Below, one piece after another: positions 1 through 12,095 of a DNA stretch of 42,031 bases. The translations under genes and the position numbers were made by a program. How positions within the stretch are numbered: position 1 is the first letter of the stretch; every line of letters starts with the position of its first letter. The notes under the pieces were generated by a model. It searched no databases and had not been told where the DNA came from. It was given only the letters and a program-made list of their open reading frames with translations. This DNA is from Phoronis australis (taxonomy: Eukaryota; Animalia; Phoronida), in assembly GCA_002633005.1 (NCBI GenBank), contig NMRA01000583.1, positions 221,988-264,018 of the forward strand, given 5' to 3'.

Positions 1-1744
1 TTACATCCAACAATGACACAACAAAGGAAAACAATGATAGGACCGATGGGCGAAAAACATGCGACGAGTTGCCATGGACAGTGGTGGAGTTTGTCTTGTC
101 ATTCGAATGTTTTTACAGAACTGCAAACCCGGTATTTCGTCAGGAAAATTTCTGCAGTCTTTTGTTTTAAGTCGTGGGAAAAATTGCGGTCATGCAACCA
201 AACTTATCCTTCATTTGATATTACAATGCATTGCATGAACATTTGATCAACAGAAAATCTGACTTGAATATGTGTGAAGAAATACCCATGAGGAAATTGC
301 AAAGTAAAACAACTGTAAATCAAAATAACCTACATTTGTCCAATTCATGTCTAACCCTGTTCACTGTGGAGGACATAATCGGCTTTTTACAAAATGGAGC
401 CATGTATGGTATTTAGGGGTACTATAGCCCTAAGTGATCAGTAGTAAAACGTTCAAAATTTTCAGGAGGAACTAACTTGTTGCAAAATATCGAAAAACAT
501 GAAGGACAATCGGATTTTACGGTGCTCACGCATCGATCTCAGAAGTATGAAAATTTCTCATTTTAGTACATTTGAGGTGCCAAAATATATAACTAATAAA
601 CTGGCTGACAAAGTTTTTATTTTTTGAAATGAAAGTAACATGTTTTGTCAACATTTTGGCTAAGTTTCATTCTCTTAGCAGTGGGGGCAGATTTGGTACA
701 GCAATGTACTGAACACAACCTCAAAATGGCATAACGGGGGGCAGTGTTGTAAAACTACTAAATGAGGGTGGTAAATCGGAATCGTGTTTCAAGACATCTG
801 TGTAACAATCTATAGGCTCCACTAAACAATGCCAAGTGAATAATAAATCAATAGCTTTCATTCAAGGAAAAATATGAACAGTTAAAACTGGACAGTTTTT
901 ATACCGTGAAAACATGGCTGCGAAGCCGTAAAATGTGTTTTAGCCTATAACTTTAGAAAAACGCAATATTTTGAGGAAACATTTTACCACTGTTTATAGA
1001 TCCTATAGGACTACCTATGTGCCAAATTTGGTGAAAATCGGCTGACTCCCACCTTGCCGCTCATGGCTGGTGCTCTCGTGGACTAGTACTTAATATTCGA
1101 GCCTATTGTTTATATTTGAACTGCAGACGAGCAGTCAAAGATTCGATTGTGAAATGTTACAACTTGCACGACATGGACGGGCCAGTGTCGTCAGAATATA
1201 CGTGTACACATTTTGAAAAGGCATGTGTAGGTTTTGGATCATCTAAGCTACACAAAATAGTGTTTGGACGTTCTATTTTGGCTCTTAATTTTCAAGGAAG
1301 TGGATAAATATAATCACGCATGTGGGCTATGTGTTCAACAAGAACATATAATTGCTAATTTGGTATACATATTGTTTTCATCCGACAGTGTGGAAACGTT
1401 TTAAAAATCAAATCTCTCAAGAAAGAATCTCGAAACGGTTAGTTTAAACAACGGTTCAGAAAACTGGATTCCGGCTTAATGATAAATGGTCCATGTGCTA
1501 CCAATCACTCGCATGTTAAACAGGAGATAGTAATGCAGTATCATTCAATTTTGTCTCAAAATCTCTCCTTCGATGGTAAAGGGTGATTATTTCTAGAATC
1601 AAAAAGTGTCTTATTGAAAGTATTATTTTTTGTGGAATTGGCCAGTGTTTTTATACTTGCTGATGTCCTAAATAGAGACTTTGTTTATGGAAAAGTTCGA
1701 GACACACGTGCGTATTATTTTACTAAGTATGCTTAGTTATNAAT

Positions 1745-1752
<8 letters not shown>

Positions 1753-1826
<74 letters not shown>
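1753..1826. repeat. (TG)37 microsatellite
   Basis: Uninterrupted TG dinucleotide run. It generates the spurious CVCV/THTH ORFs. An N at 1741 lies just upstream. Confidence 0.97.
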
Positions 1827-1830
<4 letters not shown>

Positions 1831-1841
1831 TACATACACAT

Positions 1842-1942
1842 ACGTTACACCAGCGCACCGACCTGATCCCCGGCCGTGGCCTTGTTGTGATTGCAATCAC
1901 AAGGCCACGGCCGGGGATCAGGTCGGTGCGCTGGTGTAACGT
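1842..1942. repeat. ~100-bp near-perfect palindrome (foldback/MITE-like)
   Basis: ACGTTACACCAGCGCACCGACCTGATCCCCGGCCGTGGCC... pairs with ...GGCCACGGCCGGGGATCAGGTCGGTGCGCTGGTGTAACGT. There is no loop and a single extra TTG on the left arm. The flanks can be read as a TA or ACGT target duplication. Confidence 0.85.
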
Positions 1943-2298
1943 TATTGTTCCTTTCTTTCGTGAATGAGCAGCTACTTTCTGAAAACAGAGGCTAAGTGAT
2001 AAACAAAAATAACAATAGTTCATTACCGTACAGGAAAAATGTACCAGTTCGAAAACTGAAGGATTGCTTTTGATGTGCATATTCCCTGGTGCAGATGCCG
2101 GTGTAAATGAGAGCAGCTTATAAATGCTACCTTAAATATTATTATTCCCTATGCTTCTCGGTACGCTTCTCATCTGCAACCGTATGTCTTGCGTCAGTTA
2201 CATCAATTAAAAGTATCAGGACACATTTCATTTTCCATCATTGAATGTAAGGCTTCATGCAATAACAGTGAGCTATGGATTTTCACCTTTCTTTTCAG

Positions 2299-2322
2299 CT
2301 CCCCCCTTACCAATTGTACCAG
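2299..2322 (+). CDS. 24-nt phase 1-1 micro-exon, Pro-rich (x-PPLPIVP), of the mucin-Sushi host gene
   Basis: Strong acceptor tttcacctttcttttcag and donor CAG|gtatgt. The length is a multiple of 3 and the phase-1 translation is Pro-rich like the other micro-exons. Confidence 0.6.
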
Positions 2323-4835
2323 GTATGTTGCTGGGCTGTCAATGAAGATTGTTGTTGGTTCCGACTTGTCAGTTCCAAATACTTGTAGTTAAGATTTGTG
2401 AGTATAATATACATTATATGTCTTGGGGAGGTCGTAAACAGAAAAGCTCGCCAATGGTCAATATTTAGGAGTCAATAATCGCGGGCAAATCCTCGCTTAG
2501 CGGTAGCGGGTAACGAGGCGTCAGTTGTTACGTGACCCGAAATCATTGTGCGTGGATTTTTTGTCATGCTCCCATTAACCATTAGAAATTGCATTCTCGG
2601 CTCACTCAATTTCCGGATTTTAGCTGTAGTGCGCATGCTCGAACGAACTTCTTTACCAATATTACCAACTTTGCAGCATTAACACCCTCTCCTCACCAGA
2701 ATTAAGATTTTGTCAGTGACAAAATGATGACGCATCAACACAAACTCTAGCTTCGTTTTTTCATTCGAAATTCCGGTCACAAAAAGGAAATTTTCCAATA
2801 TCCAGTAACCGAAAACGCTACCAAGCATTAGTCACCGCTCAAAACTGACCTTATCGAACGGTGTTTAAAGAAAATCAACGGCTTAAAGGAAATACTGTTA
2901 ATTTTATTACAGCTGCATCCTATTCAATAGGATGATTTTGAAAACCAAAGCTATCATTGTCGGGGCAACTCTAATCAGACGAAGAATTTAATTATTTTCA
3001 GTTAGATCGCTCCTTCACCAGTTCAGATGTGATCAGAAAATCGCCCACTTTAAAAATGGCCGTATTTTCACTATAAAACAACTTTAGCAACCATTTATCG
3101 GGCCTATGCTGTGTGTTTATGATCTATGGTGGCCTTGACTTCGCGTGTCGTGTAATTTGAGCTCAAAACCAAACGACCCGTGGAATATGTAAATACATGT
3201 ACTGTAGAAGACGGGACAGACTGGTACAATTTGAATAGTGTTTGTTTCTCACATGACCTGGAATGTGTTACGACACGTCTGATTAATAACAGCGAGTACG
3301 CAATGTTTTGATATTACAAGGGCGAATTAATTACAAAGTAGTGCAAAGTAGAAATCCATACGCTTTACATTTTATCATCTGCAAAACATTAATACCAACG
3401 ATCAAACGCGCCTACCAAACCATGCCAGAATTCCGTGATGACGGCTAGGTTATGATTGACAAATCTGGTTTCCCAACTGTACGTACTCCCAATCATGTAA
3501 ACAACTTCATAAACGGACCCATCTTCGGCGGCGAATTCCATATCTACGTTAATTCGAACGGAAACGAGCCCCAACTCAAGAAACGTGGTGAGACCAAGGA
3601 GTGTAGTACAATAGGAGAGTTCACTTGTGAGTTCGCTGTTATCGCTACTACTAACGCCACCAAGCGATGAGAAGCACCGGTCAAGTAGAAAGCGTGAGAA
3701 CAATGGGGAAGGGCGCATTTTGCATTGCGATAAATTGCAATAATTCATCCAGAAAAACCCCAGACATGTCAATGTTTACGTTTCCTAAGGATCCAGAAAT
3801 GTAATGATTATTTGTTATTCAATATTATGATAGACTGTCTTTTATTTTGTGTGTTCTGTTCATGGAATGTTGAGAGAACATCGCAATGGAATACAGTGTT
3901 GTGGTAGTGATGAATTGTCTTGCTTTGTTCTTCTTACTTGTGTTACACCTACTGCAAGAAGCCTTTGTCTGCACTGGTACCAGCCTGGCGTATTCAATAG
4001 AGAACACACTCAAATGTTTTGGATGGACATGAAACACGCAGTGAGCTGGGGGCACTTTATAATGAAAAGTTGGAAAACACCCGTGATGGTACTAGCGCAT
4101 GATGGCCACCAGTCATTACGGCCAAAAGTCTTTGGGCTCATGCTCAAAACAAGGGACAAATCTTATCACCACCTCAGCACAGTCATGTTGTCAATGGTCA
4201 GGGGAACAACCGAAATTTGTGACAATGGGAGGGACTCAACACTCATGTGGCATGCCCCATTGGTTTTTACTTGTTTACTACTCCTCCCCTGGGAGGGGGT
4301 CAACACCCATTTGGCGCTCAAATGGTTTCCGCTCCTTCACTTTACCCTTTTGCTGGCAACTCCCAGGAGCAACCATTAAAATTATGTAGTCCAAAGAGGT
4401 ATGAAATGCTATGAGGAACGGTAATTTGCCTTATTAAGAACTCAAGCATGGAACAAAACAATGATGGCTCTAAAGGGGCTTCAACAGAATTAAAGCAAAT
4501 ACACTTTTTTAATTGATTAAAACACACCTTTTCATTCTCATTCGATTATAATTGGATGTTTGTTTACGAATTTTACCCATTTCCAATCACACAGTAATTT
4601 TATTGCACGTCGAACGTCATTAAAGCACGAATTTACCAGTGATTACATGGTTCGGACTGCGTCAATAAATTAGTGTTGCTTATTACTCTGCGCGTGTAAG
4701 ACAACTTTGATTCTCAGCATTAAACACATTTTCCATGGGCTTTGCAATAATTCTCCTAAAGACGCTTATGATGCACCGCATAGGGCCAATTAGTGCAAAG
4801 GTCAGGTAACGTTCAAAATGTTATATCTCTTACGT

Positions 4836-5370
4836 TTTTCAAGGAATTCTTTTCAATTTCAGCACACTGGTGTAAGTCAACATGCCAATTGAATATCCTA
4901 CTTTACTTTGCAATAGGTCTAACCAATCAGAAAAAATAGGTTAAAGGTCATTGAGTGCAAACTAAAATTTTGAGCTAGAGACTTCAGAATTACATATCTG
5001 TTTACTAAGTGAGATTGAGTTTGAATTCTAAATGTTCAGGTCATTAGGTGCATTTTTCTTCTGAAAGTTTGGCCAACTCATTCATCTTGTATTCTGAAGT
5101 GCTTAAAGTAAAACATCTGTGATTATTAGCATTAACTACACTTTTAATCGAGTTAACAATTATTCCCTCACCGGGGCTCATAATGCACCGGAAGAGGTCA
5201 ATAAGTGGAAAGGTCATCAAAAAATTAATATGTAATTTCTCCTACAATTTTAAAGAATTCCTTTTCATATTGGTAAATGGGTTGCTGTCAGTAACTTCCC
5301 ATAATAATTCCAATAATACACACGCGCAGAGTCCATTATTGTCACACCGTGAAAATAATCTTTCTAGTTC
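4836..5370 (+). repeat. ~540-bp segment duplicated at 19311-19865
   Basis: Direct alignment from ttttcaaggaattcttttcaatttcagcacactggt to ctttctagtt. Both copies give the same spurious MHRKRSISG ORF (5183 and 19679). Confidence 0.9.
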
Positions 5371-6523
5371 GCCACTTGGAGCGCTAATTTTTCGACTGAT
5401 AACCATTGCGGCGAATACCAAGATGCCGGAGTGAACTCTCATATTCTTTGTAGACTCCTTGGAGAGACTATCAGGCTGTGCTATCTCAGTCAAGTTCAAT
5501 TCAGTGCTAACACCCGGGAAGACCTGCTGACCGTTTGTTTATAAATATTTGATAAGTTTAAATATTACAAATTCAAGGGCAATTTATTAGATTCTAACTT
5601 GAACGTTTCTTACGAAATCTGAATACTATTTACAATTGTTAAATTTAAAACAAAACTATTAACAAAAAGTAACTGAGTTTACTTAACATTGCGCAACGTG
5701 TTTTTACAAAGGTTTTAGACAAACGTCGAATTTTTTGGCAAAAAAGATCGTTTTTTTCGGTTCATGTGAGAAAACAAGCCTCTGTTGATCATGTCATAAA
5801 CCTGAGGCGAGTGTAGGATTACTGGTGTAAGATTATTTAACAGGTTTAAAACGTTTCTTGAGTGTTCGCTAGTTTAAAACTTGCGTGTTCACCTCGTCAA
5901 AATCGCCGATCCAAATCCTTGCAAAATGGCTACCATCAGCTGTTCGTCCCGCGTGGAACAATATTTTGCCGTGTGGTCGTGTAACCGACCACTCAACAAA
6001 CAACAACGGTGAGCAGGCGACGTGCTTGACGGGAGTTAATTCCGATGTCACACCAGGCGAATAGAAATGTTGCGCCTTGTGCGCAGGATCTCAGATTTGT
6101 GCATTTAGACTTACAATTGCCAGTCTTTTGGTAATTTGTGACCACCTGTCGAAGACTTGCACGAGAACGAAATAGCAATAATAAGGTTTTGCGCGACGAC
6201 GTATTTTGATAACAATCCGTCTTTTTAGCAGCTGTTTACATGCAGACAGCGACGCATGCGCAATTCAATCACCACTAGTAAAGCAGCGACACCGAGAGGA
6301 GAATTCTCCGAATATCCGCATTGCCAGTTCATACACATGTAGTAGGCTATGGCCTAAGCGAAGACCGAAAACTACCCTGCCGCAGTGTAGTCTTAAATTC
6401 AGGGTTTTGGTCTAAATGAAGACCACGACATCATCATTGTAAATCGTTGACGATATTTGTCATTGATATATTTCACGTTTCAGAATCTAGTGACCCTATG
6501 CAATTTGGAATTGAAATTTCCAG

Positions 6524-8285
6524 TGTTACATTCGTTTATTTGTTTAGTTTTTTGTGGAAGTCGCTAGATGTCGCACCAAGTTGTGCGCACGCGTAGCTCG
6601 CCCTTCCTGGCCCGGACATTTTGTAAAAGGGTCACGTTCTTTGTTTTGCTCCTGTAGGATATATTTGTCAATCACAACCTCGTGACAATATAGTAACCAG
6701 GAAAGAGAACCGGTTTATTTTTTTGTCTTGTGCATTGGCATTTCTTATATCATTGACAAATGCCTCGTGAGGGGCTACGTTCGGGGCCTGGAGAGCCGGC
6801 AACTCAGGAAGAAGTTATGGAAGAAGAAGCCGTACAACAGCAAACTAGTCAAACCACCACAAGTGACATAGTAAGAGAACTCTCGAAGCCAAAGATAAAA
6901 ATATCGCCGTTTAGTGGTGACCCACTAACTTATAGAAGATTTCTGAGACAATCACTGTATCAAGTCAAATACTGATAACTTTGATGAACAGTTAAATTAT
7001 TTGGAACAGTATACGCTTGGTGAGCCTTTGAACATCGTTAATGGCTACGGTGCTTTGCCGAGTAGCAAGTTAGCTGTAAACTCTATTTTCCCTGAGTTTG
7101 AAGATCGTTATCGACAAAAATCCATTATTGCCAATGCCTACATCAAAAAGGCATTAGGTTGGCCCATCGTGAAAGCTGAACATCCAAAGAGTTTGGATGA
7201 ATTAGGACTAATTCTTCTGGAATGCGGCCTTGCAGTGGAAGAAGTTGGTAGCATTAGCATTCTAGACTATCCTGACAATATTCGCCAGCTTGTGTCTAAA
7301 CTTCCCTTCAGCTTACAAGAACGTTGGAGATCTAGAGTCTATGATATCACGGAAAAGGACGAGGTGGTTGCGTTTGGTGATTTTGTGGCGTTTGTAAAGA
7401 AGGAATCCAAAAAGTCCAACGATCCAGACTATGGTAAAACCATAATATCAGAAACGACAACACGATATTCAAAACCTAGTACGACTAACACACAATCGAA
7501 ACCCAAGTCATTAGCTACCTCTGTTGAAGAACATGGCAAGTGTTATTTGTGTGGTTCTTGTAGCCATGAGCTGTGTTCATGCAAGGATTTTGGGACAAAA
7601 ACACTGGATGGCCGAGTGGCATATATTCAAAGCAATAAGCTTTGCTTCGGTTGTCTTAAAGACGGTCATAGAAGTCGTCAGTGCCCAAGTCGTTTGGTGT
7701 GCGAGGTTTGCGAAAAGAGCCATCCTACACTCCTGCACGATGAATCGAAGTTGAAGTCCAAGAAAGGTGATGAACCAAGTACATCCTTCAAGACATGTGC
7801 AAGTGCAATCCATGACGGTAGTGATTCAACGGGAGATGGTGAATGTACAATGGCCATCATTCCAGTGAAGATAAGATCATCTCGGAAGATAACTGTTAAA
7901 GGTTACGCCTTCTTAGACCCAGGTTCAAATGTGAATTTTTGTACTGATAAACTGGCTGAAGTTGTGCAGGCTAACCAGGAAGGTGCTTAAATCTCATTAG
8001 GAACCATGACTAGTCAAGGTTCGCTTAGTGTAAAGCGTGTAACTGGTCTTGAAGTGACCTCACTTCATGGTAACTCGTTCTTTAAATTACCACCCGTATA
8101 CACCCAACAGGAGATGCCAGTGAATCAGCGTCACGTACCAACAAAAGAAGACGTTGCCAAGTGGAAGCACCTTAATGACCTGCCCACCCCTGTAGTTGAT
8201 GGAGAAATATTTTTGCTCATTGGTAACAGTGTGCCAGATGCTTACTCACCTTGTGAAGTTCGTACCGGTCCGTCAGGCAGTCCTC
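6524..8285 (+). mobile_element. Truncated, decayed BEL/Pao LTR retrotransposon (possible 5' LTR, gag and aspartic protease)
   Basis: Three ORF pieces (6760-6975, 7001-7990, 8006-8290) broken by a frameshift and a stop. They include the DUF1759-type ELSKPKIKISPFSGDPLTY, the BEL triple zinc knuckle CYLC..H..C / CFGCLKDGH..C / CEVCEKSHPTLLH, and protease motifs FLDPGS and LLIGN. The element ends before RT. A TGT...ACA segment at 6524-6687 is only a tentative LTR. Confidence 0.9.
7001..7990 (+). pseudogene. BEL/Pao Gag-protease fragment
   Basis: 329-aa ORF with AYIKKALGWP, LVSKLPFSLQERWR, three Cys/His knuckles and the DPGS protease active site. It is flanked by disablements. Confidence 0.9.
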
Positions 8286-9112
8286 TCTAGCTTTCAATTC
8301 GAGAAGCGGCAAAAGCTCGAAGCGCTGATATTAATTGTGTGGCGGTCCCTAGACGGACCTTCGCGGATAGTTCTCGAGATATCATCGTGTGTTACACGAG
8401 AAGCACAGATTGAATTACTATAGCTTCCTTCGCGATATTCTTGTATCTACGGAACTAACCCAGCCGTGAAATCGTAGACTACCTCAGGATAACACACGAT
8501 CAAGCGAAGCAAGTGGTCACACTAGTTCGAGAGATTCTTGTATCTACGAAACTAGTCCTGGTTCCATCTCAAATAAACACGATCCCAATTGTAGTGATGT
8601 CTATGTTGAAAATCCCTGTCTATTGGACTTACAAGTCCAAAGTTATTCTGGCTTGAAACTGCGCTTCCCACATCGCCTGGGTACTGTTACATGTAGTTTG
8701 TGAATTCATAACAGCATGTTAACCTATGGCGAAAACCGACTAAATTTCGGTCTTCAGACCGATGACTGAAAACCTAGCTTGTGTTCATGAAACGGTCTTG
8801 TCTGGATTATCGTCGTCTTTCTTAGATTAGCCCGAATTTCGATGTTAACTTAAACACTTTCTGGAATTTAGCCTCTTAATGTCTCGAGTCATTTGTCATA
8901 AAACGGGCCCCAAATCAGCTCTGGCGAAAACTGACTTAATTTCGGTCTAAGTTGCGACCAAAAACCGAAAACCGAAGTTATGGTCATAAAACGCTTTTCC
9001 CGAATCTTTGTCTTCGGTCTTATGTGTAACTTAATTGAGCTTAAATTATGGTCTTTCAAGAGACCGAGTTCTATAGGGTCACGCAAAACTACTAAATTTA
9101 AAAGCCACGGAT

Positions 9113-10065
9113 CAGTGGTGGATCTAGGATATCACAAGGGGGTGCCAACATTTTGTCTGTAAGTATTTGTGCAACGCACAAATGTAGAAGCGCATAGCAC
9201 CGAATGGGGGGAGGTCGGGAGGGGGGTTTGCCCCCTCCTGACCAGGAAAATTTTTCTGTTTTTTCCTCGATAATCAAGCATTTCCTTGATTCCTAAAGTA
9301 TTATACAAGAAAAAAACACGGAGAACGTATCAAGCTTGAAAAACTGCAATTACCACAGACTCGAACTCACGACTGGCGGATGGAGCGCGCTTGCTTTACC
9401 ACTGCACCACCACGATTGCACTCATACTTCAATACTAAGAGACCTATTGTTTATGGTCCACAGCGTTTGCACGCGAAACCTATTTCTTTTTGTAATGCTT
9501 ATTACACTTTTTGTCCTTTGTGCAATCAGTTCGTAACAAATTTGTTGTGTTTAAAATAGTCTTCAATTGCCCAAAAGACCAAATCCGTTTTTTATGTTGG
9601 CATTAATGACGCGGTTGCTTTGGAAATCGTCTTAGGTTAAGGTTTGACAAAGAGAGAACTATGAGCTTCTGAGTGATTCACTAAGGTTAAAATTCACATC
9701 TTACCAGCAGCTTCTGTTTTTTCATCGTTACTCAGATTCCATTTTCTTTAAAAAATGAAGCAATTTTCTTCATTGCATAGTGAAACAGACGACGGAAACG
9801 GAGTGGTAGTGCGCGGCGCCACTGCCGGTCGCCTGGGATATCGCGGGAGAGCCTGTACTAAGCCATAGGCCTAGTTCCGTTACGATTGCGCCGTGTTCCG
9901 AATTTGACACTAAAACTGCACACATTTAAATCTTGTTTCAGCCGTATAATGTTAATTACCTAGGTTAATTAATAAACTCAACATTTCCCTAAGATCTTGC
10001 TGTTTTATTTTTGCGGCAGCCAAGGGGAGGGGCCGGGCCCCCTGCCCCCCCTAAATCCGCCTATG
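9113..10065. mobile_element. Non-autonomous DNA transposon remnant (hAT-like termini)
   Basis: Imperfect TIRs CAGTGGTGGATCTAGG and CCTAAATCCGCCTATG with G-run/C-run subterminal motifs. No 8-bp TSD is visible, so the two ends may belong to different copies. Confidence 0.45.
9353..9414 (-). promoter_or_regulatory. tRNA-derived Pol III A/B-box remnant (SINE-head-like)
   Basis: The minus strand reads TGGTGCAGTGGTAAAGC...GTGAGTTCGAGTC, an A box and a B box at tRNA-like spacing. There is no full cloverleaf. Confidence 0.5.
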
Positions 10066-10467
10066 ATAATTGAAAGGCGAAAAATACTAGAATTATTCGT
10101 GTTCAACACTAAAATATCAAAAGTGGACGAGCACTTTCAAAAACTGTGTTGAATTCCTGATACTCCTTTGATACCAACTGTAAGTAAATTGGAAGGAAAC
10201 GTCTTACTCATCTGCATAGGAAGTGCACGTATATACTCGCCTTACTATACAGCAAATGTGAAAAATAGCCTTCGGCAATTGATCGATAAGGCATGGTGGT
10301 AGTAACCGTTGCATAAACGCTCGCAAATTCAAATATTCCTAATTCTTGTGCACTTTTTGACAAATTGGTGGTCCACTTTTCAGTATTTTGTTGAAGCTTT
10401 TGGTAGTTTTTTGACGTTTGTACAAGGTACATGTTACTAATGATCAGCGGTAATTTTACGTTTCAAG

Positions 10468-10521
10468 GCTATGGACATCTGCGACCGCTTGCAAGCTCAG
10501 CACCAAACACGACACAATTAG
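10468..10521 (+). CDS. 54-nt phase 1-1 exon (x-YGHLRPLASSAPNTTQL) of the host gene
   Basis: ttttacgtttcaag|...TAG|gtacggcaacaac. It has the same length, phase and homologous intron flanks as the exon at 30258-30311. Confidence 0.6.
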   Translation, partial: AMDICDRLQAQHQTRHN

Positions 10522-10760
10522 GTACGGCAACAACTTCTTATATTGAATAGTGTTTACCTATCTGCACAAGTTTAAGTAAAACTGTTGTTTCTACGTTATA
10601 CGGATGCTGAAGTAAAACACTAGCAATACATTACGAACAATTCTCATAGTGCTGTTTTATGATCACGCGGCTCAGGTGAATCTCTTGTGCCGATTCCAAC
10701 TACCACTGGACTTGGATCTAACATTTAATAAATAGCCAAATAGTACACGACTTCATATTC

Positions 10761-10797
10761 TGACATGTTTCGAGGTGCGCACTCGTCATTCTCAAAG
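10761..10797 (-). ncRNA. Degenerate minimal hammerhead-ribozyme-like motif in the Penelope pLTR
   Basis: The minus strand reads TTGAGAATGA-CGAG-tgcgcac-CTCG-AAAC-ATGTCA. Stem II and GAAA are present and the CUGANGA core is imperfect. It sits just 3' of GIY-YIG, where PLE hammerheads are known to occur. Confidence 0.5.
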
Positions 10798-11303
10798 ACA
10801 CAAGTACCAGAATGATGGAAAGGTCAAGGTCACAAGTAAAAGGTCATGCAGATGTGAGGCATGATAGGCCAATAACACACGCAATGGTGAACAGCATCAA
10901 GATGGTGAGGTTGCACATTCAGGGATGGTTTTAATCAATGAATATACAATGCCTCCTCAAGTTTAAGTCTCAGTATGTCCTCGCACTGTCCATGATACTG
11001 AAACAGGACACTGAGTATTCTGATATGCATTCTAGATGATCATGCAAATGTTTGTACATGTTGGAACCTGTGTTAGACACATGCGTGTATTCAGACGTGG
11101 ACGTGTTTCGCCAGCATGACATTAACTACAGTCTGCACAGCAGAGTTCATACACATGTGAGCCTGTGAACAGTGGTGAACTGTCTTTAGGCGAAAAGGTA
11201 GTGAAAGCCAAACGAATCACAACAACGCTTTGCAAATACGCTTCGGTGCTATTGCAAAAAAATGGCCTACGTATGAGACACTAAAACGTTTTACGGATAA
11301 ACC

Positions 11304-11345
11304 ACCCCTCCAACGCCCCCTCCAACGCCTCCTCCAACACCCTCC
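11304..11345. repeat. 12-bp tandem repeat (CCCCCTCCAACG) x~3.5
   Basis: Seen directly. It lies between the RT and GIY-YIG parts of the Penelope element. Confidence 0.75.
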
Positions 11346-12065
11346 CCCCAATACTACCGGTATTGTGTGTCAATCCTGAAAAATAAATAGCATGTACATC
11401 TAGTTTATAATCAGAGTAGCTGGAAACCGATTGTTCTGCGGTATTGCAAACAAATCCTTGACACAATTCCAAAACTCATTCTGCGTGCCACAAATCCTGT
11501 ATGCTCTATCTATCATGCTTCTGACCAGTCCAAATTTGTAGCTGTACATGTGTAAGCTGTAACGATGGAACCTTGGTCAACAAACCAGTGTAAGACTTTG
11601 TTTCTATAGACACTTGTTAACACCACCTCTTTTAACCTGGACAACCAGAAGTGGAATGGAAGACTGGCATTCATCCTCCATGTTGCAAATTAAGCTGACA
11701 TGACGACTATTCATCAATTGGCAAAAATGCTGCGCACAAGTCAACATCTTTGAGGGTGCATAATTATATGCCCCAGTAGAGAACAGTGTAGGTCGAAATG
11801 CTGTAAACATGTCAGCAATGTGAAGTTGTGTACTATTTGGCAATTAATTAAATGTTTGTCTGTGTTTCTGCTGGCTCAAATATTCCAGAAATTTAGAAAG
11901 TACAAGTAAATTGAAATGCTTTCAAAACATTTCTGTCTCTTCGCTTGAAAGGTTCTGTAGCAGTTTTGTTAAAACACCGCTGTATAATTGCAAGGTAAGT
12001 GAGTGTTTCGCAAGTCAAACTGCCGTTTTCCATTTACAATTTGTGCGCATGATTTTTATTTTCAG

Positions 12066-12095
12066 TGACACCCTCCCCACCGCGACCCAGGACAA
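12066..12095 (+). CDS. 30-nt micro-exon type A (x-TPSPPRPRT)
   Basis: tttttattttcag|TGACACCCTCCCCACCGCGACCCAGGACAA|gtaagt. Confidence 0.75.

Larger units (their letters stand above)
10720..11856 (-). mobile_element. Decayed 5'-truncated Penelope-like element (RT C-terminus, GIY-YIG endonuclease, pLTR, inverted pLTR fragment)
   Basis: The minus strand gives MNSRH..MEDE..SIPLL, TSVYR, YTGLL, YKFGLVRSMIDRAYRICG (RT thumb). It then gives FSPKD..VYELCCADC..HAGET..LNTR, SNMYKHL, FSIMD and LKLEEALYI..KPSLNVQ (GIY-YIG), with stops and frameshifts. 10720-10770 and 11805-11856 are inverted copies. Confidence 0.88.

Noticed and set aside
1681-2080. CVCVCV / THTHTH ORFs
   Set aside because: These are translations of the TG microsatellite and the palindrome.
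3389-4389. ORFs of 72-176 aa as host or TE genes
   Set aside because: No recognisable motif in any frame and no supporting splice structure.
6688-6706. Primer-binding site of the BEL element
   Set aside because: TAGTAACCAGGA only loosely resembles a TGG-initiated PBS, and there is no second LTR to confirm the boundary.
9353-9414. Functional tRNA gene
   Set aside because: Only the A and B boxes are recognisable. There are no acceptor or anticodon stems.
10157-10186. PDTPLIPT|gtaagt as a micro-exon
   Set aside because: Good donor and Pro-rich reading, but no AG acceptor at a frame-compatible distance. At best a dead exon.
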